A stretch of 64,000 nt of DNA from Christensenellaceae bacterium. GTDB taxonomy: Bacteria; Bacillota; Clostridia; Christensenellales; CAG-138. Where the stretch lies: NCBI GenBank assembly GCA_963667195.1, contig OY762962.1:1370591-1434590 (forward strand), read 5' to 3'. Position numbers and translations under genes: made by a program. The notes beneath the pieces are model-generated. The model made no database searches. It worked only from the letters and a program-made list of their open reading frames with translations, and was not told the DNA's origin. Of this stretch, positions 28,281 through 40,531 are shown one piece after another (position 1 is the stretch's first letter; the number at the start of each line of letters is the position of its first letter).

Positions 28281-29303
28281 ATGGCGACGGATTTGACAAC
28301 GACCGGCTCAAGCGTGCCGGAGCAAGTATTACCGGAGGTGCAGGAGGATGCGGCGCGTGTGCTGATCCTCGGCGGAGTTGCGTCCGCTCCGGATGCATTT
28401 TCCGCCAGCGAGCCGCTTGCGGCGCAGATTGCGGGTCAGCAACTGCTGGCCGGCGCGCTGCACACGGCGGACATTGGCGCGGCAAACTGGCTCATGCAGG
28501 CGGGCGCGGGGCTCGTTGCCCTTGCAGGCATGCTGGATGAGAGCAAGGACGCGTCTGCGCTGGGGCTCATCGGAGCCACTGCCATCGGCGCGGGGGAAAC
28601 GGAATCGATGACGAACCGCCCGTTTGTGCGCTGCATCAACGGCATCCGCCTCGGCTTTGTCTCCTTTGCCGAACAGCGCGCGGGAGACGGCGTTTCTCGC
28701 GCGGATGCGCTGCGGCTCATGGCGTTTGATCAGGTGCGCATGCTGCTCAATCAGTGCGACCACGTGATCGTGCTCGTTCGCGCGGGGCTGGATCAGGCGG
28801 AGCTGCCGCTGCCGGAATGGCGCGCGCGTTACCGCCGCTGGGTCGACGTGGGCGCGAGCGCCGTCGTGGACACGGGCAGCGCGAAGGGCTGGGAAGTGTA
28901 TAAAAACGGGTTGATCTTCTACGGCCTCGGGGCTCCAAACGGCGCGGACTCTCTGGGGCTATTCCTCACGCTCCGCCGCAACAGCAAGCTGGACTACGAA
29001 GTGCGCGCGCTGCAATGCAAGGCGGGTTTGCTCGATTACTCCGCAAACGATGCGTTTAAGCAGCGGATCGACGCGCAGAATCGGCTCTACACCGACGAAA
29101 AAGCATATCTCCAACACGCGGACGAAATGTGCCGTATGCTGTATTGCGAGCAGGAGGCCGCGCAGAAGCGCGGCGTGCTGGGGCTCTTTTCCTCGCATGC
29201 GGACGAGGAGACAAAGCTGCTGTCGCTATTGGAAAACGAGTCGCTTCGGCTCGCGACCCGGCGCGGAATCCGGGCGAAGCAGGCAGCGGAAAAACAGAAG
29301 TAA
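28281..29303 (+). CDS. CapA/PGA_cap-like protein, apparently degenerate
   Basis: Colinear with my memory of CapA metallophosphatase-fold proteins (..GIRLGFVSFAE..CDHVIVLVRAGLDQAELP..WVDVGASAVVDTGSAKGWEVYKNGLIFYGLG..). The usual H/D metal-ligand motifs are replaced. The start is uncertain among 28254, 28275 and 28281. Confidence 0.5.
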   Translation: MATDLTTTGSSVPEQVLPEVQEDAARVLILGGVASAPDAFSASEPLAAQIAGQQLLAGALHTADIGAANWLMQAGAGLVALAGMLDESKDASALGLIGATAIGAGETESMTNRPFVRCINGIRLGFVSFAEQRAGDGVSRADALRLMAFDQVRMLLNQCDHVIVLVRAGLDQAELPLPEWRARYRRWVDVGASAVVDTGSAKGWEVYKNGLIFYGLGAPNGADSLGLFLTLRRNSKLDYEVRALQCKAGLLDYSANDAFKQRIDAQNRLYTDEKAYLQHADEMCRMLYCEQEAAQKRGVLGLFSSHADEETKLLSLLENESLRLATRRGIRAKQAAEKQK

Positions 29304-29454
29304 CACTTCTGTGAAATAATAGGAAAGAACTCCGTTTCGGTTGCCTCGCGTCTCGCTATCCTTGGTGGTTCGATATGACCCCTGCCGCTATCGCTAGGCC
29401 CTAAAAACGGAACCATGACGGAATTACGAACAATTATGAAACAATGCTCCTGGG

Positions 29455-29484
29455 TTGCGCCATTTTCCATCACTGTGTTATAAT
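29455..29484 (+). promoter_or_regulatory. candidate promoter of ftsA-ftsZ
   Basis: TTGCGC, 18-nt spacer, extended -10 TGtTATAAT (TATAAT at 29479-29484). Confidence 0.45.
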
Positions 29485-29523
29485 ATCGCAGTGTATGTTG
29501 CAAAGTAAGCGGAGGAGACTCCA

Positions 29524-30705
29524 TTGAAGCCGGCTGCAGTGCTGGACATCGGAAGTTCGAAAATCGTCTGTCTGTGCGGCAGTTTTGTCAATCGGGATGG
29601 CATAACCGTGCACGGCGTTTCCGTTTGCCCATACAACGGCTATCAGGCCGGAGCCTTCACGGATCACCGGTCTTTGCACAACGCAATCGTCGAGTCGGTC
29701 TCCAAGGCGGAGCAGGAAGCGCGCATGCGCATCCGCGAGGCAGCCATCAGTGTGCCCGCTCCGTTTAGCAAGATCATTCTGACCGAAGCCACGCTTCCGA
29801 TCGGGAGCCGCAGCAAGCGCGTGATGGCAGAGGATATCGACGAAGTCATTTCACTCTCCCTCAAAAAGGTAAAGCTGAACGGATATGTGCTCATGCACAG
29901 TACACCTGTCTCCTTTACGGTCGGCGGGGTGGTGTCTTCCGCTCTCCCGACGGGAGCTAAGACCGAGGAGCTCGGCGCGCTCGTTTCGCACATGTATGTG
30001 CAGGAAGAGTTTGTCCGCGCGATGGAGCAGGCGTTGGCCCCGCTCGATATCGAGATCTCCATGAGCGTTTCGTCCCAGCTTTGCGCGGCGCTTGCGATCA
30101 TTCCCGAAAAAGAGCGCGTGCGTCCCGCGATTCTCATCGACGTTGGCTATACGCACACGGATGTTTCGATTGTGGAAAACGCGGCGCTGACCGACATTCG
30201 CACCATCGACATCGGCGGAAAACAATTTTCAAGCGATCTTGCCTTCGGGCTGGATATACCGCTGGAGACAGCGGAGCAGGTGAAGCGGCGGTTCGTCTTT
30301 TTGCAGGAGCCGCTGAGCAGCACCGAGATCGTACGCACACCCACGGGCGCAAAGCGCGTGGATCACGCGGCGATCGAACTCATTCTGGAAGCGCGGGCGG
30401 GCGAACTGGTCTCCATGATTCGCGCGGCGCTCAAGGAGATGGGCATCTCGCCGGAGGCGAGCCCCGTCACCTACTTAACCGGCGGTGGAATCGCCATGAT
30501 GAAGGGCGGCATCGACTACCTCAAACGCGGTTTGCAGCTGAACATTCAGCGGGACACGCCGTGGGTTGCGGATATGGATACACCCAATTACACGAGCTGT
30601 TTTGCGGCGCTTGACTTCGTTCTGCGCGCAACGAGCGACGACATTGTCACCAACACGTCGCCGGGTACGCTGATGGACAGGTTTCGCAACCTTTTTACCA
30701 AATAA
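29524..30705 (+). CDS. ftsA: cell division protein FtsA
   Basis: TTG start with a GGAGGAG SD 7 nt upstream. LDIGSSKIVCLCG.. and ..IDVGYTHTDVSIV..IDIGGKQFSSDLA.. indicate an actin-fold FtsA. The gene sits directly upstream of ftsZ. Confidence 0.9.
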   Translation: MKPAAVLDIGSSKIVCLCGSFVNRDGITVHGVSVCPYNGYQAGAFTDHRSLHNAIVESVSKAEQEARMRIREAAISVPAPFSKIILTEATLPIGSRSKRVMAEDIDEVISLSLKKVKLNGYVLMHSTPVSFTVGGVVSSALPTGAKTEELGALVSHMYVQEEFVRAMEQALAPLDIEISMSVSSQLCAALAIIPEKERVRPAILIDVGYTHTDVSIVENAALTDIRTIDIGGKQFSSDLAFGLDIPLETAEQVKRRFVFLQEPLSSTEIVRTPTGAKRVDHAAIELILEARAGELVSMIRAALKEMGISPEASPVTYLTGGGIAMMKGGIDYLKRGLQLNIQRDTPWVADMDTPNYTSCFAALDFVLRATSDDIVTNTSPGTLMDRFRNLFTK

Positions 30706-30717
30706 GGGGGACAAACA

Positions 30718-32070
30718 ATGTTTGAACCGGATTTCGAGAACACCTCTTTTGCGCAGATCAAAGTGATCGGCGTCGGAGGCGCGGGCTGTAACGCGATCAA
30801 CCGTATGGTCCAGTATGGCTTACGCGGCGTAGAATTCATCGCCATCAACACAGATAAGCAGGCGCTGTTTCTGGCGAAGGCACCAACCAAGATTCAGATC
30901 GGCGAAAAGCTGACCAAAGGTCTCGGCGCGGGCGCGGACCCCGAAGTGGGCCGCAAAGCCGCGGACGAGAGCCGCGAGCAGATCGTGGAAGCACTGCGCG
31001 GCACCGATATGGCGTTTATCACCTCCGGTATGGGCGGCGGCACAGGCACGGGCGCGACCGCAATCGTCGCCGAGTGCGCCAAAGAGCTTGGCATTCTGAC
31101 CATCGCGGTCGTGACGAAGCCCTTTACGTTTGAAGGCAAGGTGCGCATGCGCAACGCCGAAATCGGCATCGCATCGCTCAAACCCGCCGTCGATACGCTG
31201 ATTACGATTCCCAACGATAAACTCATCGACCTCGTCGGCCGTGCGAGCCTGCCGGATGCGCTGCGCGTCGCGGACGACGTGCTCCGCCAGGGTATTCAGG
31301 GCATCTCGGACCTCATCGCGGTTCCGGCGATGATCAACCTCGACTTTGCGGACGTCAAGACCATCATGCGTGAAAAAGGCCTTGCACACATGGGCATCGG
31401 TAACGCCAGCGGCGAAAAGCGCGCGGCGGAAGCAGCCCGTCAGGCCATCGAAAGCCCGCTTCTGGAGACCAGCATCAACGGCGCGCGCGGCGTGCTGATG
31501 AACATCACGGGCGGCCCGGATCTGAGCCTGCTCGAAGTCAACGAAGCCGCGGAACTCATCAGCGAGAACGTCGATCCCGAAGCGAACATCATCTTCGGTG
31601 CGGATATCGACGAGGCGATGGGCGATGCGCTCCGCATCACGGTCATCGCGACCGGATTTGACCGTCCCGACCGGATCGGTAACATTCAGGGCGTACCGGG
31701 CTTTGGCGCGTTCAGCACCTTCCGCTCGCCTTACGGCAGCACCGGCATGGGCGCAAATCAGCAGCAGCAACAGCAGCCTATCGCGCAGCCGCAACCGCAA
31801 CCGCAGCCGTATCCCACCCAACCGCAGCCGCAGCCGTATCCCACGCAGCCGCAGTATCAGCAGCCGATGCGTCAGCCGCAGCCGCAACAGCCGCAGTACA
31901 CCTCCGCGTCGTACGCGCCGCGCCGCCCGATTATGACGGACGAGCCGGTGGCGGCTCCGATTCCGCAGCAGCGGCAGGAGCAGGTGTTTGGCGAGAACGA
32001 CATTCGCCGGGACTATCAGGAAAAGCCCAAGAGCAAGCTGGACGTTCCCGCGTTCCTCCGCAATCGCTAA
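30718..32070 (+). CDS. ftsZ: cell division protein FtsZ
   Basis: [28 protein letters not shown] and [10 protein letters not shown] signatures are present. A Q/P-rich linker and the C-terminal peptide [11 protein letters not shown] follow. Confidence 0.97.
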   Translation: MFEPDFENTSFAQIKVIGVGGAGCNAINRMVQYGLRGVEFIAINTDKQALFLAKAPTKIQIGEKLTKGLGAGADPEVGRKAADESREQIVEALRGTDMAFITSGMGGGTGTGATAIVAECAKELGILTIAVVTKPFTFEGKVRMRNAEIGIASLKPAVDTLITIPNDKLIDLVGRASLPDALRVADDVLRQGIQGISDLIAVPAMINLDFADVKTIMREKGLAHMGIGNASGEKRAAEAARQAIESPLLETSINGARGVLMNITGGPDLSLLEVNEAAELISENVDPEANIIFGADIDEAMGDALRITVIATGFDRPDRIGNIQGVPGFGAFSTFRSPYGSTGMGANQQQQQQPIAQPQPQPQPYPTQPQPQPYPTQPQYQQPMRQPQPQQPQYTSASYAPRRPIMTDEPVAAPIPQQRQEQVFGENDIRRDYQEKPKSKLDVPAFLRNR

Positions 32071-32088
32071 TAGCAAACGAATACAGCA

Positions 32089-32119
32089 AAGCGCCGCTTG
32101 AACAAAGCGGCGCTTTTTT
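32089..32119 (+). terminator. rho-independent terminator of ftsZ
   Basis: GCGCCGCTT / AAGCGGCGC stem followed by TTTTTT. Confidence 0.75.
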
Positions 32120-32207
32120 CGCGAATGAACTTTCATTATAGAATCGAATAAAGATTAAACTAATTCTTCTGGAAAACTCTCTCGTATCAATAGGAGAGTT
32201 CTTTTGC

Positions 32208-32723
32208 TTACTTTTCTTTTAAGAAAAGTAAGAACCTCTCCCGTATCTCGTTGAACTGCTCGCCGATGGGCTTGGCAAGCGAATATTCAGCAATCATCTC
32301 GTCGAGCATTGCCAGCGTGACCCACCTTGCGTCGGCGGTCTCTCCCGCCTGCAACCGGACTTCGTTCAGCGGTATATCCCGCCGGAGCAGATAGTGATCC
32401 ACAAACGAATCCCGCGCGACCTGTTCACCGACGAGAATCAGTTCATCTTCGGCTGCGACAATGCCGGTCTCCTCAAACAGCTCCCGTACGGCGGCCTGCC
32501 TGCTGGCCTCTCCTGCGAGGGCGGAGCCGCCGGTGTTCTCCCAGCGGTCAGGATAGCTCTCCTTGGCGGAATCGCGCAGGGTCAAGAGTATATTGCCCGC
32601 GGAATCGACCGTCCAGATGGAGACGACGATGTGATACTCACCCGGATTACCCGGGGTCCCGCGCAAGCGCGTTTTGCCGAGCGGATTGCGTGCGCGGTCA
32701 AACAAGTCCCAGTGCTCCATCAT
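32208..32723 (-). CDS. NUDIX hydrolase
   Basis: Nudix box GGSALAGEASRQAAVRELFEETGI. Confidence 0.85.
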   Translation of the reverse strand: MMEHWDLFDRARNPLGKTRLRGTPGNPGEYHIVVSIWTVDSAGNILLTLRDSAKESYPDRWENTGGSALAGEASRQAAVRELFEETGIVAAEDELILVGEQVARDSFVDHYLLRRDIPLNEVRLQAGETADARWVTLAMLDEMIAEYSLAKPIGEQFNEIRERFLLFLKEK

Positions 32724-32756
32724 CCGCCTCCTTTCGTTTGCTGGTTCAGCGCAAGA

Positions 32757-33440
32757 TCACATAAACAGTACAAGCCCGATCGGAATAAAGATCGCGAGTA
32801 TGAAATCCAGCACCTTGATCTTGGTTACCTTGAGCAGGTTGAGGCCGATGGCGAGGATCAACAGCGAACCCACGCACGTCATCTCGGCGACTGCGGCGTC
32901 GCTGAGCACGGGAGCCAGAAACTGCGCAAGCAGCGTGATGCCGCCCTGATACAGGAACAACGGGATCGCCGAGAGCAGCACGCCCGCGCCAAGCGTGCTC
33001 GCGAAGATGATCGCGCTCACGCCGTCGAGAATGCTCTTCGTAAACAGCACCTCATGGTTGCCGGTGAGCCCGCTGTTGAGGGAACCGACCACCGCCATCG
33101 CGCCCACGCAATAGAGGAGCGTCGAGGTGATAAACGCCTCGCCAAAGCGCGAACCCGCATCCATCTTGGCGGCGAATTTCTGCTCGATGCTGCCGACAAA
33201 GTGGTTGAAGTGCCCGTCAAAGTCGAGGATCATGCCGATGGCCCCGCCGACGACGATGGAGATGGTCGCAATCAGCGCGTTTTGACCCTTTAACATGCCG
33301 CTGATGCCGATATAGATAACCACAAGGCCGAGGCCCTGCATGATTCCGCCGGAAACGCGCTCCGGAATGCCTTTTTTCAGCAGCAGGCCGAGCGTGCCTC
33401 CGATGAGGATTGCCGCTGCGTTGACGATGGTTCCAAGCAT
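32757..33440 (-). CDS. DUF554 family membrane protein
   Basis: MLGTIVNAAAILIGGTLGLLLKKGIPER.. is the typical DUF554 N-terminus. A GAAAGGA SD precedes this internal ATG. The track start at 33494 lacks an SD. Confidence 0.78.
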   Translation of the reverse strand: MLGTIVNAAAILIGGTLGLLLKKGIPERVSGGIMQGLGLVVIYIGISGMLKGQNALIATISIVVGGAIGMILDFDGHFNHFVGSIEQKFAAKMDAGSRFGEAFITSTLLYCVGAMAVVGSLNSGLTGNHEVLFTKSILDGVSAIIFASTLGAGVLLSAIPLFLYQGGITLLAQFLAPVLSDAAVAEMTCVGSLLILAIGLNLLKVTKIKVLDFILAIFIPIGLVLFM

Positions 33441-33830
33441 GAGAAGAAGTGTCCTTTCCGTGTCAGCCCGACGAATGAGCAAACTTTTTGACATTTTGTA
33501 TGATTATACGCCATTTCGAGGGGAAAGGGAACACGAGATTCAAGCGGATTTCCGCTCACATGCTGTCGTCTAACGCCCTGTGTGCTGGAAACACGATGTT
33601 TCCGGCTTTCGTTCGTTTGGTTGAGGCGAGTTGGAACGAAAGAAATATTGCATGAATGGTGCATAGCGGATAAATAAACCAGTTCTTGTCGCAGCGCAGA
33701 GCAAATAAAATCACGCTTTGGTCGGTTCTGATTCTGTACAATCCTGAATAAAAACTTCTCCACATAAATCGAACAAGAAGAACAAACGCAACGAACGATT
33801 ATAATTCTGCAACGCTCCATGATTCTTTCT

Positions 33831-33870
33831 AAAAAAAGAATCAAAAAAGAACCGATCTTGCGACCGGTTC
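33831..33870 (-). terminator. rho-independent terminator of the rpsF-ssb-rpsR operon
   Basis: The minus strand reads GAACCGGTC-GCAA-GATCGGTTC (9-bp stem with one G-U pair and a GNRA loop), then TTTTTTGATTCTTTTTTT. Confidence 0.72.
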
Positions 33871-33916
33871 TAGTTCTGCTAAGTCCTTTTGGGGTTAAGT
33901 GTGCTGTGTTTGTCGC

Positions 33917-34159
33917 TTAGTCCGAAACGTACGGCAGTAAGGCGACGGTGCGCGCGCGCTTGATGGCAATAGCAAGGTCACGCTGATGCTTGGCGCACAT
34001 GCCCGACATACGACGGGGCATGATCTTGCCGCGCTCGGACACAAACTTTTCAAGGGTACGGATATCCTTGTAGTCGATGCTCGCGGATTTATCAGCGCAG
34101 AACTTGCAAACCTTGCGGCGGCCACGCTTCATACGGGGACGCATTTTACGGTCTTCCAT
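33917..34159 (-). CDS. rpsR: 30S ribosomal protein S18
   Basis: 80 aa. ..[57 protein letters not shown].. Confidence 0.97.
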   Translation of the reverse strand: MEDRKMRPRMKRGRRKVCKFCADKSASIDYKDIRTLEKFVSERGKIMPRRMSGMCAKHQRDLAIAIKRARTVALLPYVSD

Positions 34160-34213
34160 GTTGCAAGCCTCCTAATTCGAAAATTTTTGTTTGCGGGAGA
34201 CTCCCGCAGTGGT

Positions 34214-34627
34214 TCAAAACGGGATGTCGTCGGACTGGATGTCGGTAAACCCGGCCATATCCTGCGCGTTTTCTGCGCGGGCAGAGGGTGCGGCTCCATC
34301 CTCCTGCTGCTTGGGCGAGAGGAACTCCACTTCATCCGCCTGCACGTCGAGAGACATGCGGGTCGTGCCATCCTTGGCTTCGTATGTGCGGGCCTGGAGC
34401 TCGCCAATGACGGCGACCTTGCGGCCTTTGCTGAGAAACCGGGCGCACGTATCGCCGAGCTGACGCCAGGCGTTGATGCGGAAGAAGTCCGTCGGGCGTT
34501 CGCCGCCCGAGCCGCTCGCAAAGCGGCGGTTGACCGCGATGGTGAAGGAGCAGACGGTGACGCCGTTGGGCGTGGATCGCACTTCGGGGTCATGCGTCAG
34601 GTTTCCGATGAGAGTGATCTTATTCAT
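34214..34627 (-). CDS. ssb: single-stranded DNA-binding protein
   Basis: MNKITLIGNLTHDPEVRSTPNGVTVCSFTIAVNR.. OB fold, with the acidic tail ending DDIPF. Confidence 0.95.
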   Translation of the reverse strand: MNKITLIGNLTHDPEVRSTPNGVTVCSFTIAVNRRFASGSGGERPTDFFRINAWRQLGDTCARFLSKGRKVAVIGELQARTYEAKDGTTRMSLDVQADEVEFLSPKQQEDGAAPSARAENAQDMAGFTDIQSDDIPF

Positions 34628-34660
34628 ACTTCATCCATCCTTTCGGCATTGTGCTGTTCG

Positions 34661-34948
34661 TTACTCGCCTTTGCGGGTTACGAGATAGCGGAGAATCGCT
34701 TCGTCGTTCTTGAAGTTACGCTCGAGTTCCTTGGGAACTTCCGGCGCACACGTAAACGACATCAAGACGTAGTAGCCCTCGGTCTTGTAGTTGATGGGGT
34801 ACGCAAGGCGCTTTTTGCCCCACTCATCGACCGCCGTTACTTCACCGCCATTGGTTTCGACAATCCCTTTGAACTTTTCGACGGATGCTTTCATCGTTTC
34901 CTCGTCCTGGGTGGGCACGATGATGTAAAGAGCTTCGTATTGATTCAT
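34661..34948 (-). CDS. rpsF: 30S ribosomal protein S6
   Basis: MNQYEALYIIVP..WGKKRLAYPI. Confidence 0.95.
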   Translation of the reverse strand: MNQYEALYIIVPTQDEETMKASVEKFKGIVETNGGEVTAVDEWGKKRLAYPINYKTEGYYVLMSFTCAPEVPKELERNFKNDEAILRYLVTRKGE

Positions 34949-35107
34949 TCATTTCACCTCCTTATGGTCTATTGGCCCGGCGTCTCTGCACCGAGCAAGA
35001 AGGACGTTAGCGGAAGGTAGTGTATCACAAGAAACGGCATTTTGCAAGGAATTTCGCAGGAAAATGGGATTGGTTGGAGTTCTGCTGTCCAAATTTCTTT
35101 GCGAAGC

Positions 35108-35150
35108 TTTCTTTTAAAGAAAGCGAAAGGAGGACGTTGATCCGTCCCCC
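35108..35150 (-). terminator. candidate terminator of ileS (two hairpins)
   Basis: On the minus strand, GGGGGACG-GATCAA-CGTCCTCC lies directly after the stop, then TTTCGCTTTCTTT. A second palindrome GCTTTCTTT/AAAGAAAGC is adjacent. Confidence 0.5.
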
Positions 35151-35158
35151 TTTTTTTC

Positions 35159-38275
<3,117 letters not shown>

Positions 38276-38329
38276 TTGGTTCGCTCTCCTTGTTCTGTGT
38301 GTCTAAAAATAGAATCATCCTGCTTGCGC

Positions 38330-38610
38330 GGGAAAACGGGTAAAAAAATAGCTCTCCGTCCCGAAAAAGAGGGACGAAAAGCACGAAATTCCTGCTTTGC
38401 GCGGTACCACCCTGCTTGGCGGCTGATTGCCGCCCGCTCAAGAACCCCTTAACGCGGGGTATACGTCGCGCGTTACTCGGCGGTTTTGCCTTTGGCGCGC
38501 GCGCTCACGGGTGATACCAACTGGTTTCTCTCCACAACCGCCTTGCACCATACGCGGCTCGCTTCTATGGACATAAATGAAACCCGGACTGTCCCGATCA
38601 TCGCTGTAAT
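38330..38610 (-). promoter_or_regulatory. T-box leader (tRNA-sensing riboswitch) of ileS
   Basis: The minus strand contains the conserved T-box AGGGTGGTACCGCG (plus-strand 38400-38413). A terminator follows, with a 12-bp stem GCTTTTCGTCCC/GGGACGGAGAGC and then TATTTTTTT (38341-38388). Stem-I-like GCGATGA..AGT and GGTGCAA elements are present. The candidate specifier GGT-ATC-A would be an Ile codon. Confidence 0.8.
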
Positions 38611-38616
38611 AGCAGA

Positions 38617-38645
38617 AGTATAGCGGCTTTTTCGCGTTTTGTAAA
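38617..38645 (-). promoter_or_regulatory. candidate promoter of the ileS T-box leader
   Basis: Minus strand TTTACA, 17-nt spacer, TATACT. Confidence 0.45.
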
Positions 38646-38717
38646 GAGCGCGCGGGGTAAAGCTGCCTGCATAAGCGCGGGATTATGCGTTTTTCTGCTG
38701 AAAAAGTCTGTTTTGCC

Positions 38718-38746
38718 TTAACAGACGCGGAATTCTCTGATATAAT
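38718..38746 (+). promoter_or_regulatory. candidate promoter of argS-serS
   Basis: TTAACA, 17-nt spacer, extended -10 TGaTATAAT. Confidence 0.45.
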
Positions 38747-38799
38747 CACTCATTACAAATAGAAATAAGAAAAACGAAGAATAGCTAAGGAAACGATCG

Positions 38800-40491
38800 A
38801 TGGACTTCAAACTGGCAATCACATCCGCTCTCGCAACCCCCACGGAACTTCCCGCGGAGGAACTTGCTACCTGGCTCGAAACCCCTCCCACACCGGAGAT
38901 GGGGGATTTTGCGTTCCCCTGCTTTAAGCTCGCAAAGACGCTCCGCAAGGCCCCGCCGGTCATCGCGGGCGAACTCGCCGCAAGCCTTATTCTGCCGGAA
39001 GGTGTGGAAAAGGCGATTGCCGCGGGCGGATACGTGAACTTCTACCTCGACAAAAGCGCGCAGGCAAAGGCGGTATTAAGCCGCGTGTTTGCCGAAGGCG
39101 CGCGCTATGGCGGCTCCGATCTGGGGCAAAAGCGCAACGTCTGCATCGACTATTCCTCGGTGAACATTGCAAAACCGTTTCACATCGGGCACCTGCCCAC
39201 GACCGTGATCGGCAGCGCGCTGTACCGCATCTATAACCACCTCGGCTTCACCTCCGTGGGCATCAACCACCTCGGCGACTGGGGCACGCAGTTCGGCAAG
39301 ATGATCGTGGCATACAAGCTCTGGGGGGATCATGACGTGATCGATCAGGGCGGCGTGGACGAGCTGGTCAAAATCTACGTGCGATATCATCAGGAGGTGG
39401 AGAGTAATCCGTCTCTGGACGATGAGGCACGCGCGTGGTTTAAGCGCATTGAGGACGGCGACAAGGAAGCGCTGGAACTCTTCGACTGGTTTAAGAAGAT
39501 CACGCTCAAGGAGGTCGCAGAGGTTTACGACATCCTCGGCATCCGCTTCGACAGTTATGCCGGAGAGAGCTTTTATAACGACAAGATGGGTCGCGTGGTA
39601 GACGAACTGCGGGAGAAAAACCTCCTCAAGCTCGATCAGGGCGCGCAGATCGTCGATCTAAGCGACTACAAGATGCCGCCGTGCATCATTCTGCGCTCCG
39701 ACGGAGCCACGCTGTATGCAACCCGCGACATCGCGGCGGCGCTCTATCGCAAGGACACCTATGATTTTGCGAAATGCCTCTATGTGGTCGCGTACCAGCA
39801 GGATCTGCATTTCCGCCAGTGGTTCAAGGTCGTCGAGCTGATGGGCTACGAGTGGGCGAAGGACCTCATCCACGTCTCGTTTGGCATGGTCAGCGGCACG
39901 GAAGGCGCGTTTTCCACCCGCAAGGGCAACATGGTCAAGCTTCGCGACGTGCTCTCCGCCGCCTGCGACAAGACCTACGAAATCATCTGCGAAAAGAGCC
40001 CGGATCTCGAGGACAAGGAGACCATCGCCAAGCAGGTTGGCATCGGCGCGCTGATCTGGAACAGCCTCTACAACGGGCGCATCAAGGATGTGGTGTTTGA
40101 CTGGGACGCCGTGCTGAATTTTGACGGCGAAACGGGGCCTTACGCGCAGTATACGCACGCGCGTGCCTGCTCGGTGCTCCGCAAAGCGGACTACACGCCT
40201 GCCGAGATCGATTACAGCAAGCTCACTGACGCGGAAGCGTCCGCCGTCATCGCGGCGCTCGGCGCGTTTCCGGACGCGGTATTGGACGCAATGGAGAAAA
40301 ACGAGCCGTATCTCGTGACCCGCTCCATCATCGCCATCTGCGCCGCGTTCAATAAGTTTTATTATGAGCAGCGCATCATGGCGGACGATGCCGCCGTGCG
40401 GCAGGCGCGGCTCGCGCTGACGGATGCCACGCGCAAGGTTATCGCCATCGGGCTTGGCTTGCTCGGCATCGCGGCGCCGGAGCGCATGTAA
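38800..40491 (+). CDS. argS: arginine--tRNA ligase
   Basis: 563 aa. SSVNIAKPFHIGH (HIGH region), a typical N-terminal Arg-tRNA-binding add-on, and the anticodon-binding end ..LLGIAAPERM. Confidence 0.96.
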   Translation: MDFKLAITSALATPTELPAEELATWLETPPTPEMGDFAFPCFKLAKTLRKAPPVIAGELAASLILPEGVEKAIAAGGYVNFYLDKSAQAKAVLSRVFAEGARYGGSDLGQKRNVCIDYSSVNIAKPFHIGHLPTTVIGSALYRIYNHLGFTSVGINHLGDWGTQFGKMIVAYKLWGDHDVIDQGGVDELVKIYVRYHQEVESNPSLDDEARAWFKRIEDGDKEALELFDWFKKITLKEVAEVYDILGIRFDSYAGESFYNDKMGRVVDELREKNLLKLDQGAQIVDLSDYKMPPCIILRSDGATLYATRDIAAALYRKDTYDFAKCLYVVAYQQDLHFRQWFKVVELMGYEWAKDLIHVSFGMVSGTEGAFSTRKGNMVKLRDVLSAACDKTYEIICEKSPDLEDKETIAKQVGIGALIWNSLYNGRIKDVVFDWDAVLNFDGETGPYAQYTHARACSVLRKADYTPAEIDYSKLTDAEASAVIAALGAFPDAVLDAMEKNEPYLVTRSIIAICAAFNKFYYEQRIMADDAAVRQARLALTDATRKVIAIGLGLLGIAAPERM

Positions 40492-40531
40492 ATTAGAATC
40501 ACATTCTGACACACATATATAGGGGGATCGT

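Noticed and set aside
29350-29400. A GGTTCGAT string resembling a tRNA T-loop upstream of ftsA.
   Set aside because: There are no complementary T-stem arms and no acceptor or anticodon stems around it.
38747-38799. T-box leaders for argS and serS.
   Set aside because: Only about 50 nt and 40 nt of upstream sequence are available, and neither contains a T-box core motif.
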